Below are positions 23,830 to 36,200 of a stretch of DNA of 64,000 bases, piece after piece (position 1 is the stretch's first letter; every line of letters starts with the position of its first letter). This DNA comes from Callorhinchus milii. Taxonomy: Eukaryota. The DNA is taken from NCBI RefSeq assembly GCF_018977255.1, contig NW_024704743.1:62250001-62314000 (forward strand). The letters run 5' to 3'. The position numbers and the translations under genes were made by a program. The notes under the pieces are model-generated. The model was not told the DNA's origin. It saw only the letters and a list, made by a program, of their open reading frames with translations, and searched no databases.

Positions 23830-24137
23830 GTGTCTCAAAGTGCTTCACAAAATATACTGTAAAGTAAATTGACTGTATATTTTGTGGGTAAAATTTGGCA
23901 GCCAATTGCACACAACAGTGTCCTACAAACAGTTGTGGATTGACTGAACAATTTATTAATAATTTTTTTTAAGGAATTATTACCTCGGAAAAGCGATCTG
24001 CCAATCGACTAAAAAACCTGTTCCTACTTACTGCTAGGTAAACAGAGGCATGTGGAGTAAGGAAACTTGCCCAATGTTTTGCCTTGCTGAGAACCAAATC
24101 CAGGTTGCGAGGTGAGTGCCCTAACCACTGAGACTCA
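23830..24137 (-). mobile_element. tRNA-derived SINE, long form
   Basis: Contains gttcctacttactgctaggtaaacagaggcatgtggagtaaggaaacttgccc. Confidence 0.88.
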
Positions 24138-24169
24138 TGGAATAAAAAATTATATGAGACTACAAATAA

Positions 24170-25034
24170 GAAAATGCATTTTTATAGCATCTTATCACGT
24201 TAGAACATTTTCTAGTATTTGCTGTCAAGTGCAGGAATTGTCTCTGCACGTCAACATAACAGCCATTTATACACTGCCAGTTGCCATTAAACAACCATGA
24301 GGTGAATAACCAATTTATCCGGCAGATTGTTAGCCATGAAGCCAAGAGAAACTCTCCTTTTTTTCAAATAGTGTTACCATAAGCGCTTTGGGGCGTCCTC
24401 CCGACGTGAAAAGCGCTATATCAAGTGCAAGGATTATTATTATTATTATTTTGAATAACTTCCCCATGAAGAACAGGCAAACAGTTGCATCTCATCTGAA
24501 GGATTCCATCTTTGATGATACCAAGCTTTCCCAGAATTTCACTGGAATAGGCTGTGAGGTCAAAATCCTGACACGGTTTTCATCCCCACAACCTTGTGAT
24601 TCAGAGGCAAGAATGCTACCCACTGAGCCAAACTAACACACTTTCAAGGGGAGTGAACATGTCGCCTCTGAGCTAGAAGGCTGTGGGTTCAAGTTCCATA
24701 TCGGGTCTTTGATATCACATAGTCTGGCTGACACTAATGCAAAGCCGGTGATGTGCTGCAATGTTGGAGGTGTCATCCATTGGATAATTTAAACCGAGGA
24801 CTTGTCTGGCTGTTTATTTGGACGTTAATGGTCAAGAACACAATTCAACTAGACCAGTACCCTAGCCAACAATCTCCCAGAATTGGTTATCCAGTTAATG
24901 GCTGTTTGTGGGACGTTGCTGTGTGAAATCAGTTGTTGCATTTGCCCACAAAACACACAGTCACTACACGTTACAGTATATCCTGCAAAGGACTTTGAGA
25001 CGTCCTCCTGATGTGAAAGGCTCTGTATCAAATG
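24170..25034. mobile_element. Cluster of DeuSINE pieces: minus copy ~24170-24640 interrupted by a plus tail at 24380-24450, then a plus copy ~24655-25034
   Basis: Heads ccttgtgattcagaggcaagaatgctacc (minus) and gcctctgagctagaaggctgtgggttcaag (plus), with Deu domains and tails. Confidence 0.78.
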
Positions 25035-25418
25035 CAACAACATCAACAACAATTTGCACTTATATAGCTCCCTCCATGCAGGGTAGCATCTCAGAGCGCT
25101 TAATAGTGGCGGAGTCTGACTCCGAGCCGGGGGGAGGAGGGAGGTGGCTGTAAGCACAGTTGAAGAGGAAAATTTTCAGGCAGGACTTGAAAGAGGGGAG
25201 AGAGGGGGCAAGGAGAGGGACTGAGGGAGAGTGTTCTAAAGCTTTGGGGCGTAGTGGATGAAAGCACGACCTCCGATGGTGGGGCGGAGGGTATGAGGAC
25301 AAACAGGAGGCCAGTGCCAATCGAGCGAAGGCGCCGGGTGGTGGATTGAGGAGTGAGGAGGTTGGAGAGGTAGGGAGGTGCCAGGGAGTGAAGGGATTTG
25401 AACACGAGAGTGAGGATT
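25035..25418 (-). mobile_element. L2 3' end, second L2 subfamily
   Basis: Translates FKSLHSLAPPYLSNLL; the tail agcgctctgagatgctaccc...tgcaaattgttgttg recurs at ~34560-34690, ~42120-42180 and ~48110-48186. Confidence 0.88.
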
Positions 25419-25599
25419 ATTATTTATTATTATTAAATAAGGGGGTCTTGCATCACTAGATTAGATGTGAGTCCAATATATTTGTACTGTAATTACTTCC
25501 CTCATGTTGTGAAAAATGTCTTGCACTGATGTGATGTGTATTGGCAGCATAAAGCGTCTGAATGGGGCTTCACTGATGGATCAGTTGGTTCTGCCAATA

Positions 25600-25860
25600 A
25601 TTATGTGGAATTAAGTCTGACCACAAAGGTTCTGGGTTCAATCCCTGGTTGGTGCAGAATTAGATGATCGATGCTGAAGATACTACAATTTGTCTCAGTG
25701 CCTAGGGCTAGTAACGGGGAAAAATCAGCCTGGGTTTATGGTCCATTGATTCATTGGCCCCTGTGGAAATGTTTGTGATAGGTGAGCTTCTAATAAGAAA
25801 ATTGGGAATGATTACTTGGAGGAAGAATCAGAGGGCACTTGTGGATCTACAGAACAGCAG
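25600..25860 (+). mobile_element. Old tRNA-derived SINE of a further family
   Basis: B box ggttcaatccc followed by ctacaatttgtctcagtgcctagggctag...ggggaaaaatcagcctggg. A probable reverse copy lies at ~60890-61110. Family recognised from memory only. Confidence 0.5.
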
Positions 25861-26262
25861 AAATCTGCCCTGAAATTTGGCCTTGTGAAATGTGAGACTA
25901 TTTTGCTGTAACATTTAAGGGTTGGTATTCAAATTAGCATGATAAAATGTCACATCATTCTATCATCATCATCACACTTGCATTTGATATAGGTCATTGA
26001 GACGTCTTAAAGCGCTTCACAGGATGTATTGTAAAGTGGACTGACTGTATTTTGGGGGCGAAACGGGGAATCCAATTTGCGTCACACAAGCAGCCATGGA
26101 TTTTATTTGGGGGATTTATTGGCCAGGGCACCGGGAAAAACTCCCTTCTCTTAAGCACCTAGTTAGGGTTCGCTTTTAGCATGGGTGCCTGTGGTGCACT
26201 TCCAGCTTCTGGGATGGACCTGCTAGCCTGTCTCCTCCATTAAATAACATATTTTCCATTAT

Positions 26263-26610
26263 TATAATAATAATAATAATAATCCTTGCATTTGATATAG
26301 CGCTTTTCACATCGGGAGGATGTCCCAAAGTGCTTCACAGAACACACTTGTAAAGTGAATTGACTGCATATTTGTGGGCGAACGCGGCAGCCAATTGCGC
26401 ACAGCAATGTCCCACAAGCAGTCATGGATTGAAAATGACCAATTTATTGTCATGGATTGAAAATGACCAATTTGTTTTTTTTTCTTTTTGGAGGGATTAT
26501 CATTAGGCGTGTGGAGTAAGGAAACTTGGCCAAGGTCTCGCCCTGTCTGGAATTGAACTCAGGTCTCTCGCTTGCAAAGCGAGTGCTCTAACCACTGAGC
26601 TACAGGACTT
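26263..26610 (-). mobile_element. tRNA-derived SINE, short form, with an internal 28-bp tandem duplication
   Basis: Head, body and tail are present; gtcatggattgaaaatgaccaattt occurs twice at ~26420-26473. Confidence 0.93.
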
Positions 26611-27039
26611 CTGGGTTATCTTAAATTTTAAGATAAAATGCTCGTACTAGGTGGAATTTGGGGCCTAAGTATCTGTGTTGTGACCACCTCAGCTACTGCA
26701 ATTAAGCTAGAATGATTAATTTCATCCCATTCCTGTGGTAAAATTGAGAATAATATTCTGTTGGCCCAAAGACTGTCCAGCAATTCTCCAAAATATGTAT
26801 CCACTCCCACATCTCCATCTTTCAGACATAGTCTGCTCCATCAGACAGCTACATCTCACCCTCAACCCAATGGCAGAAATTCAAGTAATTTTTTGTCCGC
26901 TAAGGCGTTTGTCAATTGCACTCTCTATTTTTTCTAATCCTGCTTCTAACTAAATATTTATCCACTTCTTTTTGCCCTGAATGAGATGTTAATTTTAAGA
27001 TGGTTCTGTACTGACCAACTAAACCAGATAATCTACTTA

Positions 27040-27250
27040 CATCCTTGTCATTTATGACTGTCAGTATTATGAAGCTTTGGATCATAACCTCTCCTCAATC
27101 CTCTATCTAATAAAAACAGGCTCAATTCTGTGAGTCTCTCCTCATAACTTATTGGGTTGGAACCTGGAATCATCTTCGCCACTATTCTCTGAACTATCTC
27201 CATAACCTCTGTAAGCTTGGACCAACCAAAGTAAAACACAATGGGGTAGG
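27040..27250 (-). mobile_element. CR1 ORF2 fragment
   Basis: Translates MEIVQRIVAKMIPGSNPISYEERLTELSLFLL. Confidence 0.8.
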
Positions 27251-27717
27251 AATTGTAACTCATTTGCTGTGTGGGTTAGTAATATTCCGATAACTACCAG
27301 TAGGTGACAGCGCCCACAACACACAAGTTGGTACTGCCATCTACTTTACTTGACCACCCTTATTTTGATCAATGACTTTTCTAGTTATGGCAGGAAACTT
27401 TGTTCTAACTTTTTTTAGTTATCATTTGTTTTCTGGGTGTGATCTGATGAAGGGAGACAAAATTCACACTCTTCCATGCCCAGAATTAACTTTGACGTGA
27501 TTCTCAGGTTTAGACCAGGGCAATATTGAACTCAACATCTAAACAAAAAAGTCATACATAATGTCCCAATAATCTCTGAAGTATCTTGGAGATTGGATGG
27601 ACAGACAGGTCACTAACACCCAAATACTTAACGACAAATTGAATAGTAATACTAATCCTTATATTTGGCTTAGTGTCTTTCATGTCAGGAGGACATCTCA
27701 AAGAGTTTCACAGGATA

Positions 27718-28070
27718 TAATAATAAGAATCCTTGCATTTGATATAGCACCATATCACATCTTTGAGACGTCTCAAAGCGCTTCACAGAATATACTGTAT
27801 TGAATTGACTGTATATTTTGTCGGCGAAACACGGTAGCCAATTGCACTCAGCAGTGTCCCACAAACAGTTGTGGATAGAGTGACAAAAATTTTTTTGAAG
27901 GGATTAATATCCCTGGAAAAGTGATCCTCTAATCAACAACCAGGTTCCTACTTACTGCTAGAAGAACAGTCATGTCGAGTAAGGAAGCTTGCCTAATGTT
28001 TCGCCTTGCCCAGGAATCGAACCCAGGTCCTCTCACTTGTGAGGCGAGTGGTGTAACTACTAACCAGTGG
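27718..28070 (-). mobile_element. tRNA-derived SINE, long form, nested in a DeuSINE (27648-27717 and 28085-28310)
   Basis: The long-form internal segment is present. The flanking pieces are the tail and the Deu domain of one older element in the same orientation. Confidence 0.82.
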
Positions 28071-29171
28071 GTGTAAGTGATTTCGCGTTTTGTGAGAAAG
28101 CACAGGAGCCTATTTGCACACAGCAATGTCCCCGAAACAGCTATAAAGTGAATGACTAATTTTATTTGGGGGCCAGGATACTGGAAGAAACTCCCTTCCC
28201 TTTTTAAACATGGGTCTTTATTTAAAATCCACCTGAATAGGTAAATGGGACCTTGGTTTAATGTTTCATCTGAAGGACGGCACCTCCAGCAATTAATGCA
28301 CTCACAGAACTGATGTATATGTATATGTACATGATGTATACAATGTTTAAATCTTGAGAGATGACTTAAAATTGTCTGCAGCTGTAATGAAACCACGCTG
28401 AATCACAGGAATGTTCTATACAGATGAGGGCCATTTTAATCTATGTTACCTGTAGCACTGATACCTGTTTTTCCACATAGTTCCTTTTTTATTAATCCTA
28501 CTTTCCAGTTTTTTTATCCCCTCATAATATTTTTACTGCTCAGAGGCTTATTCAATTCCCTTTAAAGATTCTGATAATCCAGTCTCAATAGCCACTTGTA
28601 GTAAAAAATTCCTAACCCTAACAATCCTCTGAGTGAAGACGTTTCTGCTAAACTGTCTCCTAATTTTGCTGGTAACAATCTTTAGACTATACTCCCTTGT
28701 CACCGATTCTCCAATTAAAGGAAACATTTTTTTGAGTCTGGAATAAATTGGTCTCAGTACTACAAAAATAATGCACAAATGGTGAACAAGGTAATGCACC
28801 AGTTTATTAGATCTTGACAAATCTTTTAATCCCAATACCCTGCACTGCCCATCACATTAGTCCTCGCCAGTCTTCACCGACTCCCTATCTCACAGCAGAT
28901 CGATTGCAAGTTCATCACCTACAAATCCATCTATTCTCTACTACTTCCTTATCTCTCCAGTTTCCTCCTACACTACTCCGCAACCCATCCCCTCCACTCA
29001 GCTAACTGGGGCTTGTTGTATATCTTGCAACTCTCCGCACCACCATCAGTGGTCAGTCTTCAGTTCCTTTGCACTAAGCTTCTAGAAACACCATTCTACT
29101 TTATGGCCTATTAGCTCTCATTTTCTGACATTTCTAAATGTTTCAAAAGCAATTAAGAAGATGGCGTAATT

Positions 29172-29360
29172 AAAAACAGACAAAAAGCTGGAAACGCACA
29201 GCAGGTCCATCAGCATCTGAAAGAGAAAGAGAGGTTATTGTTTCGGGTCAGAAATGATGAAGGCTCATACGTGAATCATTAACTTCTCTTTCTCTTTGAG
29301 GTACTGACTGACCTGCTGGGTGAAAGTTTCCAGCACTGTTTTTTTACTCCAGACTTTACA
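29172..29360. mobile_element. Palindromic Penelope-type element with a degenerate hammerhead-like core
   Basis: ~60-bp inverted arms gctggaaacgcacagcaggtc...gagaaagagaggtta / taacttctctttctc...gacctgctgggtgaaagtttccagc around atgatgaaggctcatacgtgaatc. Confidence 0.7.
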
Positions 29361-30271
29361 TAGATATTGTTCAGACCATGTGCTAACAGGATGTTGTATT
29401 TCTCTTTAGATGGTGTGGAGGTTGTGTGCTGATTGGAGGGCTTCTGTCCTATACTGTGAGCTAAACAGTTTTGGCCATTTTCCGACTTGCTGAAACTCAT
29501 ACTGATGCAGTTTGCTGTGGTCCAGTGTCCTGCCACAAGCTCTGAACACAAGGCTGCAAAACTCAGTAATTCAAGGTGTCTGACAGTTGAACTCGATATG
29601 GAGGTGGGATGATAATATTGCAATCAAACTAGCGTGGTCAGTGTTGCATTGCACATCTGCCATTCATTTAGGCAGCAGCCCTTCCCCCTTCCCCACTCCC
29701 CACCCTACCTCATCTGAAAGGCGAGCCATGATGGCAAACCCGGAGTAAAAATAAACAAATGCAAGCAGAGATATTTAATCCCCAGTTTTGATTACCAACC
29801 ACCTGTTTTATAAGGAGAGGGAATATATGGGCCACTAGAGTATGTATGCCATGTGGACTGTATGACTGTTCTCAATACAGTACTTAGTCTATCTGATATC
29901 TTGAAGTTGAGCTGTACCCATTTATATACATTACTCAGAGCTTCATTAAACTTCACTATTACTGAAAGTTCTTAAGCCCTTAAGTCATAATCTGATTGCA
30001 GAAAAATGTAACCTCAAAGAGCATGAATTGTATTTTTGCTCCAACAGTTTCCACTCGGAACAAAGGAATTTCACTCGTGTGTGAACTTGCAGCAGTTAAT
30101 GCCATAAATTGTCAATTAAATGATCTAAAGTCACTTGTTAAAAAAAATTGTGTGCTGACAGAAAAATTAATCAGTTACAATTGAAATGAGGGCTGTATTT
30201 GCAGTTGATCAGTATGTACCTGATGAATTTGTGAACTCGATTGTGCCCCAGACATAACGTAAGAGTCCTTT

Positions 30272-30745
30272 TATAGAATCATAGAATCTTACAGCACAGA
30301 AGGAGGCCATTTGGCCCATCGTGCCTGTGCCAGCTCTTGGAAAGAGCTATCCAACTAGTCCCACTTTCCCCGCTCTTACCCTGTAAATTTTTCCTTTTAC
30401 GTACCTATCCAATTCCCTTGTGAAACCTACAATCGAATCTGCTTCCACTGCCCTTTCAGGCAGTGCATTCCAGATCATAACAAGTCTCTGGGTAAAAAAA
30501 ATTCTCTTTGTTTCCCCCTCTGGTTCTTTTGCCAATCATCTTAAGTTTGTATCCTCTGGTTAACAACCCACCCACCAGAGGAAACAGTTCTGCCTATTCT
30601 CCCTCCCTCCAGTCTGAAAAACAACCAATCCCCAGTACTTTCTGCTTTCTGTCTCACAGGCAATTTTGGATCCATGCTGCCACAGTCCCTTTAATCCTAT
30701 GGGCTTCAATTTTGCTAACAAGTCTTTTACACTGGGGACAGTGAC
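30272..30745 (-). mobile_element. CR1 3' end (30272-30590) plus an internal CR1 reverse-transcriptase piece (30620-30745)
   Basis: atagaatcatagaatc tail; FFTQRLVMIWNALPERAVEADSIVGFTRELDRY; LLAKLKPIGLKG. Confidence 0.88.
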
Positions 30746-30757
30746 AGAGAAGCTCAA

Positions 30758-31012
30758 TAACAACAACAACAACAACAAGATTCCATTTATAAAGCGCCTT
30801 TCACGTTAGGAGGACATCCCAAGGCGCTGCACAGTTGGGTCATGACCCGAGCAGGGGGGAAATGGTCAGGGTGAGGGGAGGGAAGGGAGGGAGCGAGGAG
30901 GGGGAAGAGAGTCGAGAGGGGAGCTGAAGGCTCGGTCAAAGAGAAAGGTTTTGAGACCGGCCTTGAAGGAGGAAAGGGAGGAAGCAAGGCGAAGGCACTG
31001 GGGGAACTGGAG
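30758..31012 (-). mobile_element. L2 3' end
   Basis: (CAA)n tail and aaagcgcctttcacgttaggaggacatcccaaggcgct stem-loop. Confidence 0.88.
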
Positions 31013-31629
31013 GAACAGCATAATGACACAATTAGTAACCTAAAGTCATGATCACTAGAATGATGAGGGCTGCTGGTGATTGCTTCTGAACTGTCGCCTT
31101 TAAATTTCTACATAGCTTCAGAACACTAATGTAACATATGTCATGAGGCAAATAAATATTTTTCTCCTTGTAACATAAAAATTGAATTGAATTGAGGGCA
31201 TTTGTTCTCCTAGAGAAAGGCCTGAGGAAATAAAGTAAATGTAAAAGAATCATTTTGTTTTAAAAATAGAAGAGTTTAGAGACCGATTTGCAATGATGGC
31301 AACCTTTTTTAAACTAATCTCTTATTCACAAGACAATTTTCCACAGAATGCACAGTGTCACAGTTAATTATTTTTGCCAACATTCATTGCAGTACTTTAC
31401 TTCACCATTAATACACTTCACAATGCCTTGACGATGTAGTGAGCCTGAGGGATTTAACCTTCATCATTTTAACTGGATAACCTAATGAACTGTATCCGCA
31501 GTGTTTTAGCAAACAAATTCAAATGCCTTCTGCTTCTTCAGAGGTTGCAAATTCCATTGGCTTGAACTCTGGCACTTGGGCTCTTCCGTCTAAAATCCTC
31601 CAAACGATAGAATCTGTGTAGACTAGCTG

Positions 31630-31820
31630 GTGCACTGGGTCAGCACATGGCCCTTTCACCTCAAACTAAGCTTGAATCCAGTCCAGAGTGCTCCTATTCA
31701 CTGGCTGAAAGGATTGCAAATGAGTTGAGTTTGGGCCAAGCTTGGTCCATTTCCCAGTGGGTGTAAGTCTGCTGTTAAAAAATGGTCAGACTGTAGCGTT
31801 AATTGGAACTAATTTAGAAG
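31630..31820 (+). mobile_element. LF-SINE-like remnant, 5' half
   Basis: ccctttcacctc...gaatccagtccag, aaatgagttg...gtccatttcccagtgg and aattggaactaatt match the recalled LF-SINE consensus blocks in order. Confidence 0.6.
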
Positions 31821-32896
31821 TTTACTTACAGCTCCTTTATTGTATTAATCAGCCATAAACAGTACTCCTGATACCAGCAGCAAAGTCACAGTATAATCCC
31901 TGCCTTGTATGAAGGTCCGAAGTGATGTGTACCAAAACATTAATTGTTCCCAGGAATAGCCTCTGAAGGAAGAACATCAGTAATGTTCACGTAAATGGTT
32001 GCAGTGCTTACACTGAGGCAAAGGCAGAAAAACATGAGGCTGGCTCCAGGCCAGCCTCTGAGAGTTTCTTCATTTCACTTTCTAGTGGGAGTGAGGCTCA
32101 TTGACACTCAGCTAAACAAAGCTTTCCCAGCCATTCAGGACATTACTAAAACAAAAGAAAATAACTGCTTTGAGAACATTTTTAAAAAATCTGTACCTGT
32201 ACAAGGCATCACTGCTTACATTCAGCAAATTTAACAAATTGTAATACATGCAGCTATTCTGTCACACCATAAACAAGAAAGTTGAGGCAGAGAGAGACCC
32301 AGTTCAGTGTTGGAGGAGCATTGCATTGTCAAAGGTGCTGCCCTTTGGATAAAACATTAAGCTGAGGTTTTGTTTGCCTGTTCACGTGGAAGTTAAAGAT
32401 TCCACAGCAAAGAGTTTCTTTCAATAATGCATGCATCTATAAATACACAGTCACTCCACTTTACATAAAAGTCTGTGAAGCGCTTTGAGATGTTTCAATG
32501 TGATATATCAAATGCAAGGATTATTATTAAGAAACCATGGAACATTCATCCCCTGAAGCTCATTCCTTCCCCAGATCATGCAAAACATATATTGCCTGTT
32601 GGGTTGGGAGGATGTCTCAAAGAACTCTACACAGCTGACTGAACATCCAAAGGGTTGCAGTGGGTGGGGATGGGGCTGGTGGTGTGGGGTGGGGGAAAGA
32701 TTACCAAAAGTGCAATCGAAAAGATAATTCTTAAGGCAGCCTTTAAAGGGATTCAGTCAGAAGGATTCCAAATGGAGTTCCAGAGACCGTGGACAGAACG
32801 TCTGAATGCCTGCCCACCGATGGTGGGGCAGTTAAGGCGGGGACATGAAGCAGGCTAATGCCTGCTGAGCAAAGATATCAAAGGTGTCATAAAAGA

Positions 32897-33250
32897 ATGT
32901 GAGAGGACCTGGGTTTGATTCCCGGGCAGGATGAAACGTTGGGTAAGTTTTCTTACTCGTCACGTCTCTGTTTACCTAGCAGTAAGTAGGAACTTAAGTT
33001 AGCTGATTGGCGGATTGCTTTTCCAGGGGTAATCATCCCTTCAATAAATGAATAAATAATAATAATAATTTGGTCACTGCATCCATGAGTGTATGTGGGA
33101 AACTGCTGTGCGCAATTTGCTGCCGCGTTTCGCCCACAAAATATACAGTCAATTCACTTTACAGTATATTCTGTGAAGCGCTTTGAGACCTCCCAAAGAT
33201 GTAATAAGGCACTATATCAAATGCAAGGATTATTATTTATTATTTATTAT
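32897..33250 (+). mobile_element. tRNA-derived SINE, long form, 5'-clipped
   Basis: gggtttgattcccggg B box, ctctgtttacctagcagtaagtaggaac segment and Deu-type tail. Confidence 0.88.
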
Positions 33251-36200
33251 GAAAGATTGTCTGCATGACTTTGCCCGTAAGGTTTATATTCTGCCTGCAT
33301 GAGTAGTTGTAAATAATAGACTGTCACTTCAGAAATGGGTAGCTGTGTAGTTTCCTATTACCAAATACTGTAGCATAAAGTGGCGCTGGGAGAGTTCAGC
33401 ATAAAGTACTGAATGTGCAAGGCATAAGCAATGCTGTGGCACAGAGATTGTCTTGTTCATGGTGAGTCTCATGAATATTAATACACATTCCAGTACTGTA
33501 ACACATTAAGAAAGCAATGTTAAATACATGTGCAATAATTATGCATTTAATTACATGAGAAATATGAGTTGGCATTGAAGACTAAAGTAATGCAAATTTG
33601 ACTAAAGTAATGCAGTGTGTCATGAAGGGAAACAGTTCATACAGATGTATGGTAAAGGACTGCCTAGCAACATTTGCAGACATGTTGCCAAGACCCTTAA
33701 ACAGCATGTGATGGTGACAGAAACAGAACCAATTCAAAATCATAGTATGGTTCCTGCGGTACAATCTATTTGACCCATGTTGTGATGCATAGCTAATAAT
33801 AATAGTTTATTTGCTTTCTTTTGCTTATTCGAAAAACAGAGTTTAACACAGGTTACAGTAAGCAGTATATACAACCCTGCATGTTTGATTTGTCCTTTAT
33901 CTATCCCCATGTCAAAGAGCACGGCACTTATACTGTATAGGAACCATTCATTCTTGTATCAAAGAGACTCCTTCAGTGTTATGCTGGAGTGAAAGTTCAT
34001 GTGAAAAGCACCAGCGTACAATTGTATAAGTTGATAAAAGGCTTACTTGTCAGTGGTTGAAGAAGAACCACATAGGAACTGCTACACAGCACAAAGAAAA
34101 CATGTAAATTGCTTCTTTGAATCATCACAGTATAGTATTCTCAGGAAACAATAATTGATTTTCAAACATACGACAAATGGTCAATAAAGTCTTTGCTTGA
34201 AAAGGCTTTAACATATGAGGGCACTGACTGATTCATCATTCTGTTTTAACATTGCCATCCCCCCAAAAATCTATTGATCTTTTTCTGGCAGAATTGCATG
34301 CAGAGCAAATCTATTTCTTTCATGAAAAATTAAAAGGTAAGTGAAAAAGTTCAGGCTATAAAAAGTGATAATATGGGTAACTGCCTTGATTTTCAAGTGT
34401 GTAAGTCATTGAGGGTTACATTTATGTTTGTATTTTGCTTAAGACAAATTAGTTTACAGTAATTAAAATTATATATTTTATCAATGCAGAGTTAAAAGCT
34501 AATGAGAAATGCAAGTCCCAGACATCTGTATGTGCATAAATTGCACCAAAATGTTTAATAGCCTTCCTCTTCGACCATGCTTACGGCCACTGACCCCCCC
34601 CCCCCAGCTTGGAGTCAAGCTCCACCACTGTTAAGCGCTCTGAAACGCTACCCTGGTGGAGGGCACTTTGGAAGTGCAAATTGTTGTTGTAATAAAAGTG
34701 AAACTGTTCAAGAATCAGTACTTTTTTTCGTTTTAATCCGTTTCTCTCAAGGGTAGCACTACTATTAAAACAATGTTAGGATACACCATAAATTGATCTA
34801 TGAAAATGCAATGAAGTGTTCTTCAAATGTTCATAACACAATACATTTCAAACAGTTAGGCAAAACATTACAGAAATATCATAATGCATTATTTCAAATT
34901 GAATAGTGGATAGATTTTGCACAATATCATTCAAATTGAAGAAATTACAGTTATATAAAGGAATGGGTGCACTAAATGAATTGTTTCCAACAGAAGAAAG
35001 TTTAGTCCGTCGGCGTGCTTTGGAACTTAAAACTTGGAGCAATGCAGGTTGTGATCAGATAAATGGAGTCCTCCTGGTATGGCATATTAGACTGTGATGG
35101 CGTATAAGATAGTGACACCTAAACACGGGATCTCAAATGCAAATATTCACAAACAGAACACATTTTATTAATTACACCTTCTGATTTGTGATTCGCGATT
35201 TTGAGATTCATAAACACATTCCAAACTTTGGTAAAGGCTGAATAAAGGTCATCACTTTGCTTCCGTTCCCAAACAACAATACAGCAGCCCTAAATACAAT
35301 TTAGTTATGAGCGCACATACAAATCTCAGAGTACAGTGAGGTGTATCAATGACTGATATGACTCATATTTTGGTTATTACAGTATTATGGATCTGACCCA
35401 GTAGAAACATCATACAATGTTGACTGAGTGATGTGGTCAGGTTTGTCATTTTATATCTTGTTAAATGTTTCTTACGCCATTTGTACCTCATTTCAATGTA
35501 TAACATTTTGTACATTTCTCATTGTGTAGTGCTTCAGGTTGTTTAGGAGCTCTTATGATCTATGACTGGCTTTCATTTTATTTAGCGTGCAATATTTAGA
35601 CCTGTGATAGTCCATGCTTTATGCCTTTTACATTACTATTCTCAATCTGAAGTGTTGTTACATGGAACTCAATGCTTGTAAGAGTCTACAGCATTAATAA
35701 ATAGAAGCAACACAAAACTGTAACTGAATGTATGCTTGAGCATGCTGCTCTTTTGCACACCTGAAGGTTTCCTTACAAAAGCTATTCGTCTCACTGTGAT
35801 TTGATTCCAGTACAATTTGCTGCTATGTGCATGGCATCAAGTATTGCCAATGTAGAACTACATGTGTAACTTTGCAATATGTTTACTACAAGACCCGTAT
35901 TTGGTACAAATCTGATGATTACTCGGGAGGGCAATGGGCTACCAGCAGTGCTCATGTTGTGAGAAAGGGAAAAAAAATCTGCATGTTTGTCAAACACATT
36001 AACCATGTCCATGTTAAGCTTTTATCCCAAACTTTGACAGGTTCCAGCTCTTTACTACCCTAACACTCTGAGTATTCAGGCATTGCTTCCATGAGTAATG
36101 GGACAATAAGTATTATATTCACATTCAGTAACAAAATGTAAGCAGTGAAATCTGTGTGACAATCCAATTATGGAACATATGTGTACCATTAATTTGACCC

